Source: Paraphysomonas bandaiensis
Taxonomy: Eukaryota; Protista; Chrysophyceae
Length of the DNA stretch: 63,904 bases
Reading direction: 5' to 3'
Assembly (NCBI GenBank): GCA_965644295.1
Contig: CBFFRP010000533.1
Coordinates: forward strand, 1 to 63,904
The position numbers and the translations under genes were made by a program. Shown here in pieces: positions 1 to 13,400 of the stretch (within the stretch, counting starts at the first letter, position 1; each line of letters opens with the position of its first letter). Under the pieces are notes generated by a model, which had not been told where the DNA came from, did no database searches, and saw nothing but the letters and a program-made list of their open reading frames with translations.

Positions 1-16
1 GGGTTTCATGCCACAA

Positions 17-726
17 TACATACATACATACATACATACATACATACATACATACATACATACATACATACATACATACATACATACATACATACATACA
101 TACATACACACATACATACATACATACATACATACATACCTACCTACCTACCTACCTACCTACCTACCTACCTACCTACCTACCTACATACATACATACA
201 TACATACATACATACATACATACATACATACATACATACATACATACATACATACATACATACATACATACACACATACATACATACATACATACATACA
301 TACATACATACATACATACATACATACATACATACATACATACATACATACATACATACATACATACATACATACATACATACATACATACATACATACA
401 TACATACATACATACATACATACATACATACATACATACATACATACATACATACATACATACATACATACATACATACATACATACATACACACATACC
501 TACATACATACATACATACATACATACATACATACATACATACATACATACATACACACATACCTACATACATACATACATACATACATACATACATACA
601 TACATACATACCTACATACATACATACATACATACATACATACATACATACATACATACATACATACATACATACATACATACATACATACATACATACA
701 TACATACATACATACATACATACATA
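17..726. repeat. (TACA)n microsatellite, ~177 units, with an internal (TACC)n block
   Basis: Direct reading; TACC block at ~137-186. The HTYI/MYVC ORFs are translation artefacts. Confidence 0.98.
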
Positions 727-874
727 GCTATGTGCAGGTACAGGGAGGTATCATGGTGCAGGATATGGTATGTGGTGGTATACGATATGTACAGGTGTAG
801 TGGAGGGGGGTGTTCTTTCTTAAGGCGAGGTGTTCCCAGTGGACCGTCCAACGCCACTTGATCTAGTCCATCTT

Positions 875-2653
875 ATGTTAACCCTTCTGCATCACTCTCA
901 TGTAGCTTGTATTGGTGGTCATGTCGTTCTCTGGTTTCATCTTCTGTGTGTGGTGTGTGTATGGATCAGTCCACTTGAGGTCTCTGCAGGTACATACATA
1001 CACATACATACACATGATCTCAATACATGTACCTATTAACAGATTCTGATTCGTTATGGCAAATGAAGTTCACGAAGTTGACATCAGTCAATCCAATCCT
1101 AGTCCCCAATAGCTCGACATCCTTCACATGTCCTGTGATCGAGAGAGAGGTCAAGTGGGAGGAGAAGGATGTGTTTAATCCTGCTGCTGTTGTCAAAGAT
1201 AATAGAATATATTTGCTTTATAGGGCGGAGGATAAGGTGTAGGCATTGGAACTGTCTCGTTCTTATGTGGACTCATGTGTGTTGGATATTTAGCTAGGTA
1301 GTTTTGCTGGTACCTCTCGAATAGGCATAGCATGGAGCGAAGATGGTCTCAGTTTTAACCACCGCTTCACCTCACCGGTGCTGTACCCCTCGAAAGATTT
1401 GAATTATATGTTCGAGTGGGATGGTGGATGCGAGGACCCAAGGGTAGTTGAGTCACCTTATGGGGGTTATGTTATGACTTACACTTCATATGACGGTACG
1501 GCCCGACTCTGTGTAGCTACCAGTGACGATCTCTTTCACTGGTCGAAGCACGGACCGGCTTTTGGGAAGGCTTTTGGGGGCTCTTACTTGAATGCGTGGA
1601 CAAAATCTGGATCCATAGTATCTCATCCCATGCCAGACGGTCGTCTCGTGGCAGCCCGCCTTAACGGTAGTTTTTGGATGTATTGGGGGGAGAACGACCT
1701 TCACCTTGCGACATCCCAGGACCTTATCAATTGGACACCAGTGATGACGGAACACTCAGATGCCTTGTACAGAGGCCGTCCGGACCACAAGGATCATCCA
1801 ACTGCGGCTAAGAAGCCGCTCTCTGTTCTCTCCCCTCGACGGGGTAAGTTCGACTCGAGTTTAGTGGAGCCCGGTCCCCCTGCAATAGTGCGGCCAGACG
1901 GTATCTTCTTCATATATAATTCCAAGAACACCGCCTGTGAGAGCCAGCCAGGGCACAGGTGCAAAAATGGGGAAGCTGATAGTGACTTAGCACCTGGGAC
2001 CTACTCAGCGGGACAGGTTCTCTTTTCTTTAGACGATCCGTCAAAAATACTGATGAGGTATGTCATCTTTGTATCAGGATGTATGTGGATAAACACTATT
2101 GCGCATGTGATAATGCAGGTCACAAGAAACGTTTTTCAAGCCTTCGGAGGAGTTTGAGATCACTGGGCAAGTCGGGAATGTGTGCTTCCTGGAAGGCCTC
2201 GTTTTTTTTCGTGGCAAATGGATGTTGTACTACGGAACGGCTGATTCGAAGATTGCAGTCGCGGAGGCATCTTTATATGACTACAATGGAATGCCGAAGA
2301 TAGGTGACAAGTTAGGAAAAGCCAGCAATAGTACCCACAGAGGAATTGATGAAATATCCCGACAGCGTGAGCATGATGGAGTGACCTTTCATGATATAGA
2401 GCTGCGGTATAGGCAAGGCGATGACAAGGCACAAAGAAGTAGTTCCGTTAAGCAAGGGAGTAAAATAAATCTTTTACAGAATGGGCATGTAAGCCTGTTA
2501 GTGATAGTAGGTTGTATTTGTATAGTGGTGCTAATTTTCATAGCTTACAAGAAGGTCCCGTGGTTGTGGGCTACTTTTGAGAAATATATTCATTTGTTAT
2601 TCCCAGTAGAGCGTAGTGGTGATGATGGTGATAGTTACAAGTGGAAAGTGTGA
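875..2653 (+). CDS. GH130-family glycosidase (beta-mannosidase/phosphorylase-like) with N-terminal hydrophobic leader and C-terminal TM helix; exons 875-989, 1043-1236, 1294-2057, 2119-2653
   Basis: Motifs VFNPAAVV, LYRAED, TSRIGIAWSEDG, GGCEDPRVV, MTYTSYDG, KSGSI, VEPGPP, GQVGNVCFLEGLV, LYYGTADS. Three GT-AG introns join the frames. TM segment LLVIVGCICIVVLIFIAY. Confidence 0.88.
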
Positions 2654-3198
2654 TATTCACCAAGCGAATCGTACCGTCATGCTGTGTTCACATTAGATAT
2701 AATTCATGGGCAACTGTTGCCCGGATTATACATAATTTTTGTCTTAATCTGGCGATAACATTGAAGTATAAATTTCTTTTATATTAACCATTCTAGCGTA
2801 CGTTCATGAAATACAATGTTGTGGTAATCACCATCGGACACATCAGTCACACCATTAGAAAACATATCGTGGTATACTCCTGAAAAAACTTAGCAATTAT
2901 TCTGCCATCCCTCGAAACTAAGTTCACCTCTGTGGCATAAACTGTAGCCTATAATCTTGAGTTCTTGATACTTAACGGACCTACCCCATTCTCATTAAAG
3001 AAAGCAACAGTAACAATATCTCGATATTTCGCACACGAAGCAAAGTAGAATATGCTTTAGTCTTTATTATACGTACAGCGTCATTAATGCAGGTTAAATA
3101 AGTGAAACTCTAATATAATACTACAGCAAATACTTGCGTAGAAAACACACTTATCAGCATGAACAACACAAGCAATATAAATAAAATTGAGGTTTTAT

Positions 3199-3632
3199 CT
3201 AAGACGTCTTTCCACTAAGCAGAAGATTTAGAGCTTCATTGATATCATTCCCACATTGTTCTAGCGCCCATTCACTCTCTTTTGCAGTAAATCCCATTTC
3301 TGCAAACGTTGCAATCCGAGCATCAACAATTTCCGCCACAGATGTTTCCTTTCCTGTTCTGTAGTCATCATCTTCATGAGTGTTTGAAGCAGGGACGCTT
3401 CTAGGTGCAACCTCTGGCCCTATGAGTCCCTATTAAGGACTGATCATAACATATATAAAGAAACACACGCACCTGGAGCGGCTTGAGCAAGTAGATCAAA
3501 CTCATCAAACTGTAGACCGGATCGGAGCATCTCTTTCGCTTGATTGTAGTTTCCATTACATCGATTGAGGGCATGTGTGGCTGCTGATACATCGAAGCCA
3601 TCGTCTATAAGTTTACTTAATTCAGAATCCAT
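3199..3632 (-). CDS. Small protein with two UBA-like domains (2 exons)
   Basis: Exon 1 LIDDGFDVSAATHALNRCNGNYNQAKEML. Exon 2, translated by hand, DARIATFAEMGFTAKESEWALEQCGNDINEALNLLLSGKTS* contains the UBA MGF loop. Confidence 0.75.
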
Positions 3633-4033
3633 GACAACAAGTTAATACTAAGAGAGCTATGCGATGAGAGTATGTGCGATGAGAGTATGTGTGATGCGAT
3701 ATATGTTGCAATGCATACTGGTGTGGTCTAGCTGCTAGATGTGTGTGTATGATATGAAGAACCGCTTCAGGTGTACACTGGTACATGATGGTGCTGTATC
3801 TGTACATATGTACTGTACATGTGGACAGTAGCATAGTACAGAGTGGTGTATATACAGTAGTACTCTATATACATACTCGACATCATCAGCACCAGTTCAT
3901 GCATATAGCTTAGAGTGGTGCAGTGAAACTGCCAAAAAAAACACAGCAATCCACAACTTAACACACACATACACAACACACACATACATATACATATATA
4001 TATATATGCACACCATTCCATTAGATTCCAGTC

Positions 4034-6054
4034 ATGCCAAAGAAAAGCAAGGCCCAACTAGAAGAAGAGCGCCTTGAGCGTGAGGAACAAGAAAGGAAAG
4101 CAAAGCTTGCTGAAGAAAAACGTTTAGCAGAAGAGGCGGAACAGAAGAGACTTGAAGATATCCGCATAAGAGAAGAGAGGAAAGCATTCAGAGAGGCTGA
4201 GTTACAGAGATTGCATGAGGAACAGATTAAGTCGAAGGAAGATAGAGCAGATCGAAATGCGCGACTTGTTTATGAAGAGAGATTGGAGGTATGTGATTGC
4301 TGCTGATATGTGTATATATGTATGTATATATATGCTGCTTATATTCTATCAGGCTGAGCAACATGAATGGGAAGCATTTCGAAACCCCATGGATGATTAT
4401 GAATCCATGGGAGAGCGTGAAATGAATACTTTTCTTTCACTCACTGAAGAAAATGAAGCATGCGAATTGAAAGAAGTATTCGACTTAACACAGGTCTATC
4501 ATGTGTAGACACAGAAATTTTAATGACATGGTGTTATAGGTGATTCAGAATGTAGGGCAGTGTGTAGAGTATAAATGGAGTGACAGCCTGATGCATCAGA
4601 ACTTAGCCGGACAAATAAGTAGCGAGAAGAACGCTCTGCGATGCTTGTCACAGATCGTGCAAAAAGTGGACTGCGCTACCGCGCGGTTGCTTCGTTTTGC
4701 TGACTCTCAACTTAATGACCGCTCGGAATTGCACCTGGAGCAGTACTCTGAAAGTGTGTCTATAGGCTTGTGGGGTTCATTTGCTGATATTCGACCCATT
4801 CGAAAGAGTGTAATTTTTGAGAAGCAAGGCGTGCAGATTGACGTACCGAAACAGATTCTCCAGCACGACTCAGGTTTTGTTTTCCGTGTGATGCGGATTG
4901 CACTAGAACCCTTTACACTTAGCTCCTATCGCTCTTCCGGCTCTAGTACGACAGGAGAAAAGTATGTCGTTGGCGATCTGCTTACTATCGACATTCTTCG
5001 ACCTCCTCCACAGGCGTTTAATCTGCGGGCAAAGAAGTGGGTCATGCGAGACAAGTCTGCAGCCTCTCTGGCCGTGCAAAAGTGTGCGTATCCCTCGTCT
5101 GTCAACTGTAAGGTGCTTTTTCGCGTACCAGATGAAGTAGCGATGTCAGATGATATCACAGTGATGTGTTGGGATGATGAGAACAAGACCTGGGTAGATG
5201 ATGGAATCACAGACTTCCAATACAGTGAAAGCAATTGTATGGCCCAGTTTTACACTACTGTGGTTGGTACCTTCGCACTCGTTAAAGATCGAGCGGCCGA
5301 TTTTCCATATAAGAAGTGGTCTCTCTCTCCCCTTCGAAATATTCCAAATTCCTCAAATCCCAACTGTATTGAGGATAACTATGAACGGATCGCTCGATTT
5401 GCCGTTCAGACTCCTAAAAATGAGGTGGTGATTGATATAATAGGCACAAAAGTCAAACTTGTGAAGCCCAACGCAAAATACCTATCAGACCTGATAGGGG
5501 TAGAAATGGCTGCCGGCACTTTGCTTAGGAAGCTTCTTCGCCGTGGAATAAACCTGTTGCCTATCATTCCACCTGAGTCGCAGCTTAAGAAGGACTCTGT
5601 CCTTGAGGAAGCGGTGTTACAACATATTGCCAGATGTGCTTGTAGTCTGGATTTCGAGGGGTCCTCCGCTTGGAACGATTCAATCGGAAGATATCAAATT
5701 GGAGTTCATGCCAGAGAAAGTACAGTATATGCGGGTGGTTTAGATACATTTAACATGGACAGTATATTGGCGGAAATTGACGACGAGTCCATTTCACATA
5801 AGCACTCACCCGATGTAGGGCATATCGACTCTCCTGGAGTTAAGTTTTCTCTTGTCATGGGTAACGAGTACGGATCAAAGCAAAAGTATTCACATGATAT
5901 GCGACCTGATGAGGTTTCTCACATTGATCTGATGACGACTATGTTAAGTCGTGTCATGCCGGAAACAATCGACAGGTTAAACCGAGAAAATGTGAAATTT
6001 GAGAAAGCTGTGTTTAACTTTCTGAGACTTGTGAGACCATTTTCGTTTAGTTAG
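4034..6054 (+). CDS. DNAI7: Axonemal dynein intermediate chain IC97/CASC1-like; exons 4034-4288, 4353-4493, 4540-6054
   Basis: K/E-rich coiled N-terminus. CASC1-type segment WDDENKTWVDDGITDFQY..FYTTVVGTFALVKDRAADFPYKKWSLSP. In-frame GT-AG introns. Confidence 0.75.
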
Positions 6055-7253
6055 ACGACTAGCTATATTAGTCTTTATACTGCAAACAGTTGTTGTTTAT
6101 TCGTGAAAGATATACTGGCTGCCAATTTGTTGCGTTGTAACCTTCATAATATACTTTTGTAATTCTTACTCATATTGGTTTCTACTTGATGTTGCTAAAT
6201 GGAGTTTTGTCGTGACTGGCCAGTGGAAGACAGAGCTGCGCATCTATTAGTTGAAGCAAGCTGGAGTCAATTGTGATTTGATGTCCCATTTAAACTATTG
6301 CAATTTCAATTATTGACAATTGATACACAACCCTGGTGGAAGAGAATTCAAATGTATCTAAAGCTGCATTGCACAGTTAATGTAAAGACCCAATGTTTGC
6401 AGTATCAACACAGCCTCTGATGCTAGTCAATGCCGCGGTTGAGATAAACATATCAATGAATGTTATCACCTGCATACAGAAACAGACTTGTGACTTCCAG
6501 GTACAATAGCAATCTATAAGAGAACAGTGAAAACTTTATTCTTTTCCAAGACCCTTTACTTCCTAAGCATAGGCGAGTCTATTATCTACACACTTTCGGC
6601 CTTTCCTCTTTTCATTGTTTTCCAGTGAAGAATACCTAGGAATCTGATCGCAAACAGAATAGCACTTCTATCCAACGTATTGCTATTGAAATATGGTTCT
6701 AACTACGTTTCGACAAAAGTTATGACAGCCTCGTATAAAGGTTTTTGCGCTGGAATCAAGCTTATGTTACTCTTCATTGCATAAAACTATCAGGGGATGC
6801 TTCCAAGAGTCAATAGATGCAGCAGTGTGAGCTGAAATAAATTCAACCTGCTATCAAATGATACCTCCACAAACTCTTCACTTGCTGCTATTACATTAAC
6901 CACATGGAGCAGTGCATTCATAATCATGATTGACATTAACTGCGCCTATCACATGATAATATATACTGCTGTAGATATATATCTGTGTTGTGTTAGTTAG
7001 GCTATAGTGTTACAACTCCTCTGCTGGACATTCCTGCTCCTCCTCCTCTGTTACGTTCGACTCATTATTTCTTACTTACCGTCTTATGTTTGATGCTTTA
7101 ATGTATATGCATATGTATATGTATATATGGACTGGGACAACAGAAGGACAACAATACGATTTACAATCTTGAAAGACTGGAATCTACAGGGGGTGGTTGT
7201 GCATGTCGATATTATCGATTTGTTCATCAATTTGGTCATCGTTTTTTTTTAAC

Positions 7254-7900
7254 ATGTCAGATTCTCAGGAAGCACTAGATGTTGTACCAACGAATGAACG
7301 TCCTCCCAAAATGCTCTGGACCTATCATTCCTGGATCACATTCCTAAATTGCTTATTGAGTTTGCCTCGTTACGAAAGACCGTGGAACTTCGTAGTTGAT
7401 ATAACCAGTAAACGACAATCTCTTGAAGAAAAATGGAGTCAAAGCTCCAAAACTCGAATGTTTACAACACCTGAAGGTTCCCGAACTTCAGAAGAAAATG
7501 GCGAAGGTTTGCGAGTTCATGGAGAAGTATAAATAAAGCATGGAATTCCACATTGAACTGAAAGAAGAATTTCACAATCGGATCATGAGGAATTCCTTTG
7601 ATTATTTTACAAAAGCATTGGCAACTTGGTGAGCGACGAATCAAAGGAACCATTCACTTTTTGATGACAGATGATGATAAACCCGATGAAAGGGGTTATA
7701 CTGCTTCATGTGAACCGAAGCCGACCTTCTTTGAGAGACTACAGCGCCTGGATGACTGAAGCTTTTGAAAATACTGATCTGAAGATGACAAAGAGTGAGT
7801 ACGAGACTCAAAGAAAGCGTATAATGGATGAATATTTCTAGTTGTTATATCTGCTCAAGACTACTCTCAAATTTACGAGAATCTTCTCATGCGGAGGTAG
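7254..7900 (+). pseudogene. Frameshifted second ORF of the Harbinger element (putative Myb/SANT/MADF-like DNA-binding protein)
   Basis: MSDSQ..KMLWTYHSWITFLNCLLSLPRYERPW..SLEEKW shows trihelix-like Trp spacing. Coding-like sequence continues in another frame (LECLQHLKVPELQKKMAKVCEFMEKYK*). Lies just inside the left TIR. Confidence 0.5.
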
Positions 7901-8271
7901 TTGTAGCTTATACTGCTATTACTGTAGAAATTTAACTCTTATAGCAATTTTAATTAAATTAGTGTTTTTTTCTGTACTTACTTGATTTATATATAGCAAT
8001 GTTACTTTTAGTATCTTTTATCCGAACCTGGTAAAATCACTTTACCTCATTGTATCATCACATTGAGGACTAGTGTCAGTATATTGTTAATTAACCAAGA
8101 CATTATTATTAAATAGTTTTTCACATCAGCTAAGTAATTAATGACAGGCAGCTACACTCAAAGGATCCAAAGTTAATATCATGCAATAATAGAGCAAATG
8201 CGAAATGACATATTCTTCGCCAATATTACTATCAGCTACTCTACTATGCGATCAGGTGTGACAAAACTAAT

Positions 8272-9590
8272 TCACCTATTGATGTCATCATTCCATTCAA
8301 ACGATAAATACTCTTGCAATGTTGGTGGTGACAAATCAAACATCTGGGCTATATCGCTACCGTTAAGAGCAACATAGCAATTCGTTAGCAAAACTAAATT
8401 CAAATAATGTCTACCTACAGGGCAAAGTATTACTTTCGCGGCGTCATTGTAGTCAGCAAATTTCCATAAAACGATGATCATGCCACAGAAAATTTCTACT
8501 GCACACCGTACGCTGCGAAGGGGTCTATGCTCCTCTTGTAATGCTGCGGGAACGACATACCACCTGCTACTTCTCGGGGCAGCTCGAATGTGAGAATCAT
8601 CATTAAATAATCGGTCTCCATACGCCCAATACTGTATCGGCTGGCCCAACTGTGCATTGCAGAGGTCGCCATTAACGCCACAATCTCGAACGTACACATG
8701 ATCCGGATCTCGACCAGGTAGCGGCCCTGCAGTATAGCAGCATATACCTAAATTTTGTTGGAATTATATATGTAGTCAACATATCTATCACACATACCAG
8801 TAGGATCTACTAACGAGAGGTAGCCTACACAGTGGGTGCCTGAATAACCACAATATGAGCTCGCTTCGATATCAATATCCACTGGCTCCGCGATATCTCG
8901 TCTAGTGCCATCCATGAGAAGTGCCATGCAAACTGCATCGCGTGGGAGCGGTTGGTCGTTTCCAATTTTATTCATCACTAGGCGCCGAATGGCATTGTTG
9001 AATTCAGGAAATCTAGCAGATGCTCTACGCAGATCATTACGGACTAGATGCCCACGTTGCTCATGCAGGTAATAGGAAGCAAAGTTGAATGCACGACATA
9101 CCACGGACTCATCTCCCCAGCCATCAAGGGACATTTTGAAAAACGTACCGGCAGTAGCATAACGAAATAACAAGACCAAAAACGCCATTTCACGATGATA
9201 AAGGTTGCGTGAGCTTTCATCAATCACCACCCACTCCGGAAGATTATAAACACCAAGCCCCGTAAACAGTTTTCGTAGCTGACCCTTTCGAAATCTAAAG
9301 AGTCTGTAGCAATCATTATCGTCAAATGAATTGATTGTGTATAACTTCTGTGGAACCGCTTGCAATGGGAAGTGGTCAACCCACCGCAGGTTTTCCCTCT
9401 TCATGTAGCAGCAGAGGAATAGTACAGAGAACAAGAATTGGTCTCTTTCTGATTGTGAGGTAACTGACATGATCAAAAATAACGCGGCTGAATTGGTATA
9501 CCAACTTAATTGATGCATTTCACGTCTAGTAATCGACTCATGGCGACGACGCTTCGAAGTATATTTAGCTGGCCTCCGTTCCACTCTCAT
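8272..9590 (-). CDS. Harbinger/ISL2EU-like DDE transposase (DDE_Tnp_4-type), ~422 aa after removing intron 8748-8797
   Basis: CYRLFRFRK, LMDGT..IAEP, YCGYSGTHC, GPLPGRDPD, YGD, RSVRCAVEIF. A 50-nt GTATGT..TTTAG intron joins the two track ORFs in frame. Confidence 0.85.
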
Positions 9591-10613
9591 ATAGTAATTT
9601 CGATGATGTCTACATGTAGTGCATTAAATAAGGCCTAAAGAGTGAGATTATACATACAGAATACTTACATATAAGCTTTTGTCCTTGATTACGTGCAGAG
9701 CCACGACGTGATTTTCCAAAATTAGACTATTTGGCTGTTCACCCTTGACACAAGTGTGCAGTAGTTTCGGTGAAATCGGTGGGGGATAGATCAAGAAACT
9801 CCCAAAGAGTACAGAAATACCCACTAATGTCAAGATTTCTCATAACTAGTTACGGATAATGACTTCTTGACAGACACAAAATCGACATACTTTGAACTGA
9901 GATTTGAATCTATCAAATTCAATGATTTCGATGAATTCAGGTAGACCTCAGACAAGTATGACCCAATGAATAAAGCAGTGTCCAAATTAAAGAACGTCAT
10001 GTTCAGTTGCATATATGACACATCACTTCATCAAAATGAAGTGAAGAGCTTTATCATAAAAAAAAATCGTATCGGCATCCTTTGTGTATTTTTGTTCAAA
10101 TATGCCTCTAATATTGAGACAACAATTATGTGTGTTCCAGCAGTATTTATACTGCAGTTTTAAAGAGGATTTCTGCTTCATTTTATTACCGAAAACGAAG
10201 ATGCTGACTGCCGATACGATCATCAGTCCGATCATCAAAACATTTCATCGAACATTCCACTGAAAAAAAAATCACAACCACCCCCAGAGTAGAGCGCTAC
10301 TCTCTCTATATACCAGATATTTTGATCCTCTCCACAGGAAAACTCCTGATTTTTACCATTGTTGGAATGAAAAAAGTCGATTTCTTATCATGGACCTTAA
10401 AAAACTCTCTGGACACTTCAACGGTACTCAATTTTACTACAATAAACTGAAAAAAAAATGAAAATATTAACCGTTTAAAGATTTTTCAAGTTAAAAAAGT
10501 ATGTCGATTCAAGATTCTTTTTCTATAATACACTAAAATGATGATGTTTTGAACGACATGAAATCCTTGTGACTGTAATCTACAGCTCACACTTATAGTC
10601 ATCAATACTTCAA

Positions 10614-10873
10614 ATGGTTAATCAAACAAGAAATAAAAATTCTACTTCTAAGGCTACATCAGAGCCTAAAGCGAAGAGAGCCCCATCTGCTTATAATATT
10701 TTCATGAAAGAAGAGTAAGTGTACAAGTCGTTTGATGTGCTTGTTGTTAACTCTTTGGATTTAGGATCGCTAAGGTCAAGAAAGCTAATCCAGGATTTGA
10801 TCACAGAGAAGCATTTAAAGCTGCTGCTGCTAACTGGAAAACAGCGAAGGAAAATCCTGCTAACATGAAGTAA
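10614..10873 (+). CDS. ~69-aa YABBY-domain/HMG-like microprotein (intron 10715-10764); absent from the ORF track
   Basis: Spliced translation MVNQ..[51 protein letters not shown], matching the YABBY C-terminal consensus PSAYN.F.KEEI..IK..NP...HREAF..AA.NW. Confidence 0.85.
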
Positions 10874-12874
10874 TTTGAAACTGCTATCGGAGTAACTATT
10901 TTCAAATTCAGTACAACTCTAACCGTATTCGTGTTTGTATTATGTTCATTCATTCTATTTATCTAATGGGAGTTTATATTTGGAAAGTATTTATTGTACT
11001 TCAGCTCTAAACTGCATGTATGATATTAATATACTCCAAATTTTTTATCTTTCTACTCCATTTGTATTTGTGTTGGCATCTGGATTGCTCAGGAAGATGT
11101 GTTTCATAGTTTCACATAGGTTTCTTTTTGTTATTTTCGCCACTCAAAACAGACTCTATATCAACGCTGGACTATTGGTATCGTAAACTCGTCACATTCA
11201 GTCATAAGAGTACTACTAATAATATCGTACAATTGCCAGAGACTTTAAATACTATGTCTGAAAATGGTGAGGATAGCATCTTCATCGAATTAAATTGCAA
11301 TATGCTTGCTGGAGTGATGACCCAGCACGATACTCTGCAGATACAGATTTCTAAATAAGATTGAATTCGATAAATAAATGATACATGTGTTGAAACTCAA
11401 CATGGTGCTGTTTCTGAAAGCTAATCGACACTTGTGCTTAGGTTTGACATACGTATTGTTCTGTATTACAACGTCGCTATAGGCGAGCATGATCGGTAAC
11501 TTAATAAAGTATCAGCTAAGTGTTAACTAGTTTGAATAATTAATTATCTTGACAAAACTAGGCCCCATAAATTTGAGCAGCATCCTATTTAAACCGTATC
11601 GTTTTGCATAAATATCGTTTGATTTTTTTCTCACGATTGCGTAATGTTTACTTTCGTATATAGTGGATATATACATCAGTGTTCTCTGTTGTATTAATAT
11701 GCAACAGTATGTACAGCACTGTTTCCTATTGATATTATATGATATGGAAAATATCATACTATATAAAGAGACTGATGAGAATGACTAGTGAACATATGGC
11801 CGGATACATGCATAGTATTTCAATGTGGTTATGATGATGGCTCCGATAATGAGTATGAGAAAAGTTGTGATCAACTAAGTAGTAGGTAGTCTTCGCTAGG
11901 CAGCGTAGCTTGTTGGTTTTGCTAATCATGTGAATTTTATGAGTGGTACTAAAGATGGAATCTGCGCATTTGTTTAATTACTTAATAAAGATACTAATAT
12001 ATTGCAATAGTATTGTTGGGACGGTTCAAATATTCCATTAATATTATTGGCGCTATCTACCGATAATATTGCAATATATTGTTTCCTTGCCCAGGTGAAA
12101 GTAGTACTTGTGAGCAGAAAGTAGTCTTTGTTCATTTGCGAAGTAAAAAAATGAATGTTCATAGGAGTACTAGTGCCTAGTGCATACAGCAGTACCCGTA
12201 AAGTTGTTAACAAGTAGTGTTGACTTTGTGCGATGTTATTCCATTTGAATTTCATAATATATCTAAATCTAGAGAGCGAGTATAAAGTATATAGGCTCTA
12301 TTACCACATTCGGTAACGGTGCATTAGGAAGTGTCTGACGTTCACAACTCATGATTTGCATATTGATTGATATTCTCACACTATTCGTCTAGATATAATA
12401 CGTGTGTTAGAATTAGTAACTCATTTTGTTTATATTCAATGACGTGACTCTTAAGAACATATAGCACCATAACGCACACATTACGTACAATATTTACAAG
12501 ACAAGTCAACGAAACTTCCTGGTCTGTAGACATATATACCCATTCACCACCAACGGAGCCTCAAATTCGTGACATACTGATTACCCTCACTACTACAGCA
12601 TTTATTTCCGCACCCAAAAATAGAGTCATTTCTCAAATTGGATGTGCTGCATTTACCACTCCATTTTATACAAGAGTTCAATACGACTCGTCATTACACC
12701 AACATAAAAGTTCAATACATTACGCATAGTAATACGTTAGCCTATTTTCTAACCATACACGAAAATATAGTGCTTGTAGATAAATGACATGACATTGGAT
12801 GCATTAAACAGTAGTGTGATATTATGGATATGCGTTGGAATTAAGCGAATTGTCGTTTCATAGATGCATAGTAG

Positions 12875-13035
12875 CATCCATCCATTAACAGATGTACACA
12901 CATTAGCAGTACATTGCTTTAACAGTATCATACATACATTAAAAGTAGTGCACATACATTAACTGCAGATGCATTACTTTAACGGTAGATACATACATTA
13001 ACAGCAGATGCATTACTTTAACGGCGGTAGATACA
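12875..13035. repeat. Degenerate ~38-bp tandem repeat, about 4 copies
   Basis: Recurrent cattaac(a/t)gcagatgcattactttaacgg.agatac. Confidence 0.6.
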
Positions 13036-13400
13036 CAGTGCGTGGACATGCGTGGACACCGGCCATCTACCTCTACATATACACGCATGTACGGAGTATT
13101 CGTTATTCACCACCTGCCAAATTTGAAAAAGTCGAATATTACAGGACACAAAGTTGAAAACTATTCAAAAACTACCATAATATCAAAATACTCCAGAAAT
13201 GAATTCTAAAAATGAAAATATCCTAGAAATATATACGGAATGTGTCCTACATCCTATATATATCAGTAGAGTATGGTAAAGCAGTACAGTGTATACCGTA
13301 TAGGTACAGAGCGGTGGATGTACATGTACTGGGAGAGTGGCAGCTACATTAACAGGCACACTTACAGCAGCACACTGACCACTCGAATCAAATATCGAAC

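Larger units (their letters stand above)
7190..10284 (-). mobile_element. PIF/Harbinger-type DNA transposon, 3095 bp
   Basis: TIR GGGGTGGTTGTG (7190-7201) / CACAACCACCCC (10273-10284), flanked by a CAG direct repeat (7187-7189, 10285-10287). Contains a DDE transposase and a convergent second ORF. Confidence 0.85.

Noticed and set aside
1-10. GGGTTT at the window start as telomere
   Set aside because: Single occurrence, no tandem telomeric repeat.
8-727. HTYI/MYVC repeat ORFs
   Set aside because: Translations of a stop-free tetranucleotide microsatellite.
9648-10238. Short ORFs as a third Harbinger gene
   Set aside because: No recognisable motif or consistent splice path.
10935-12955. Short AT-rich ORFs
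   Set aside because: Low-complexity intergenic sequence with no domain signal.
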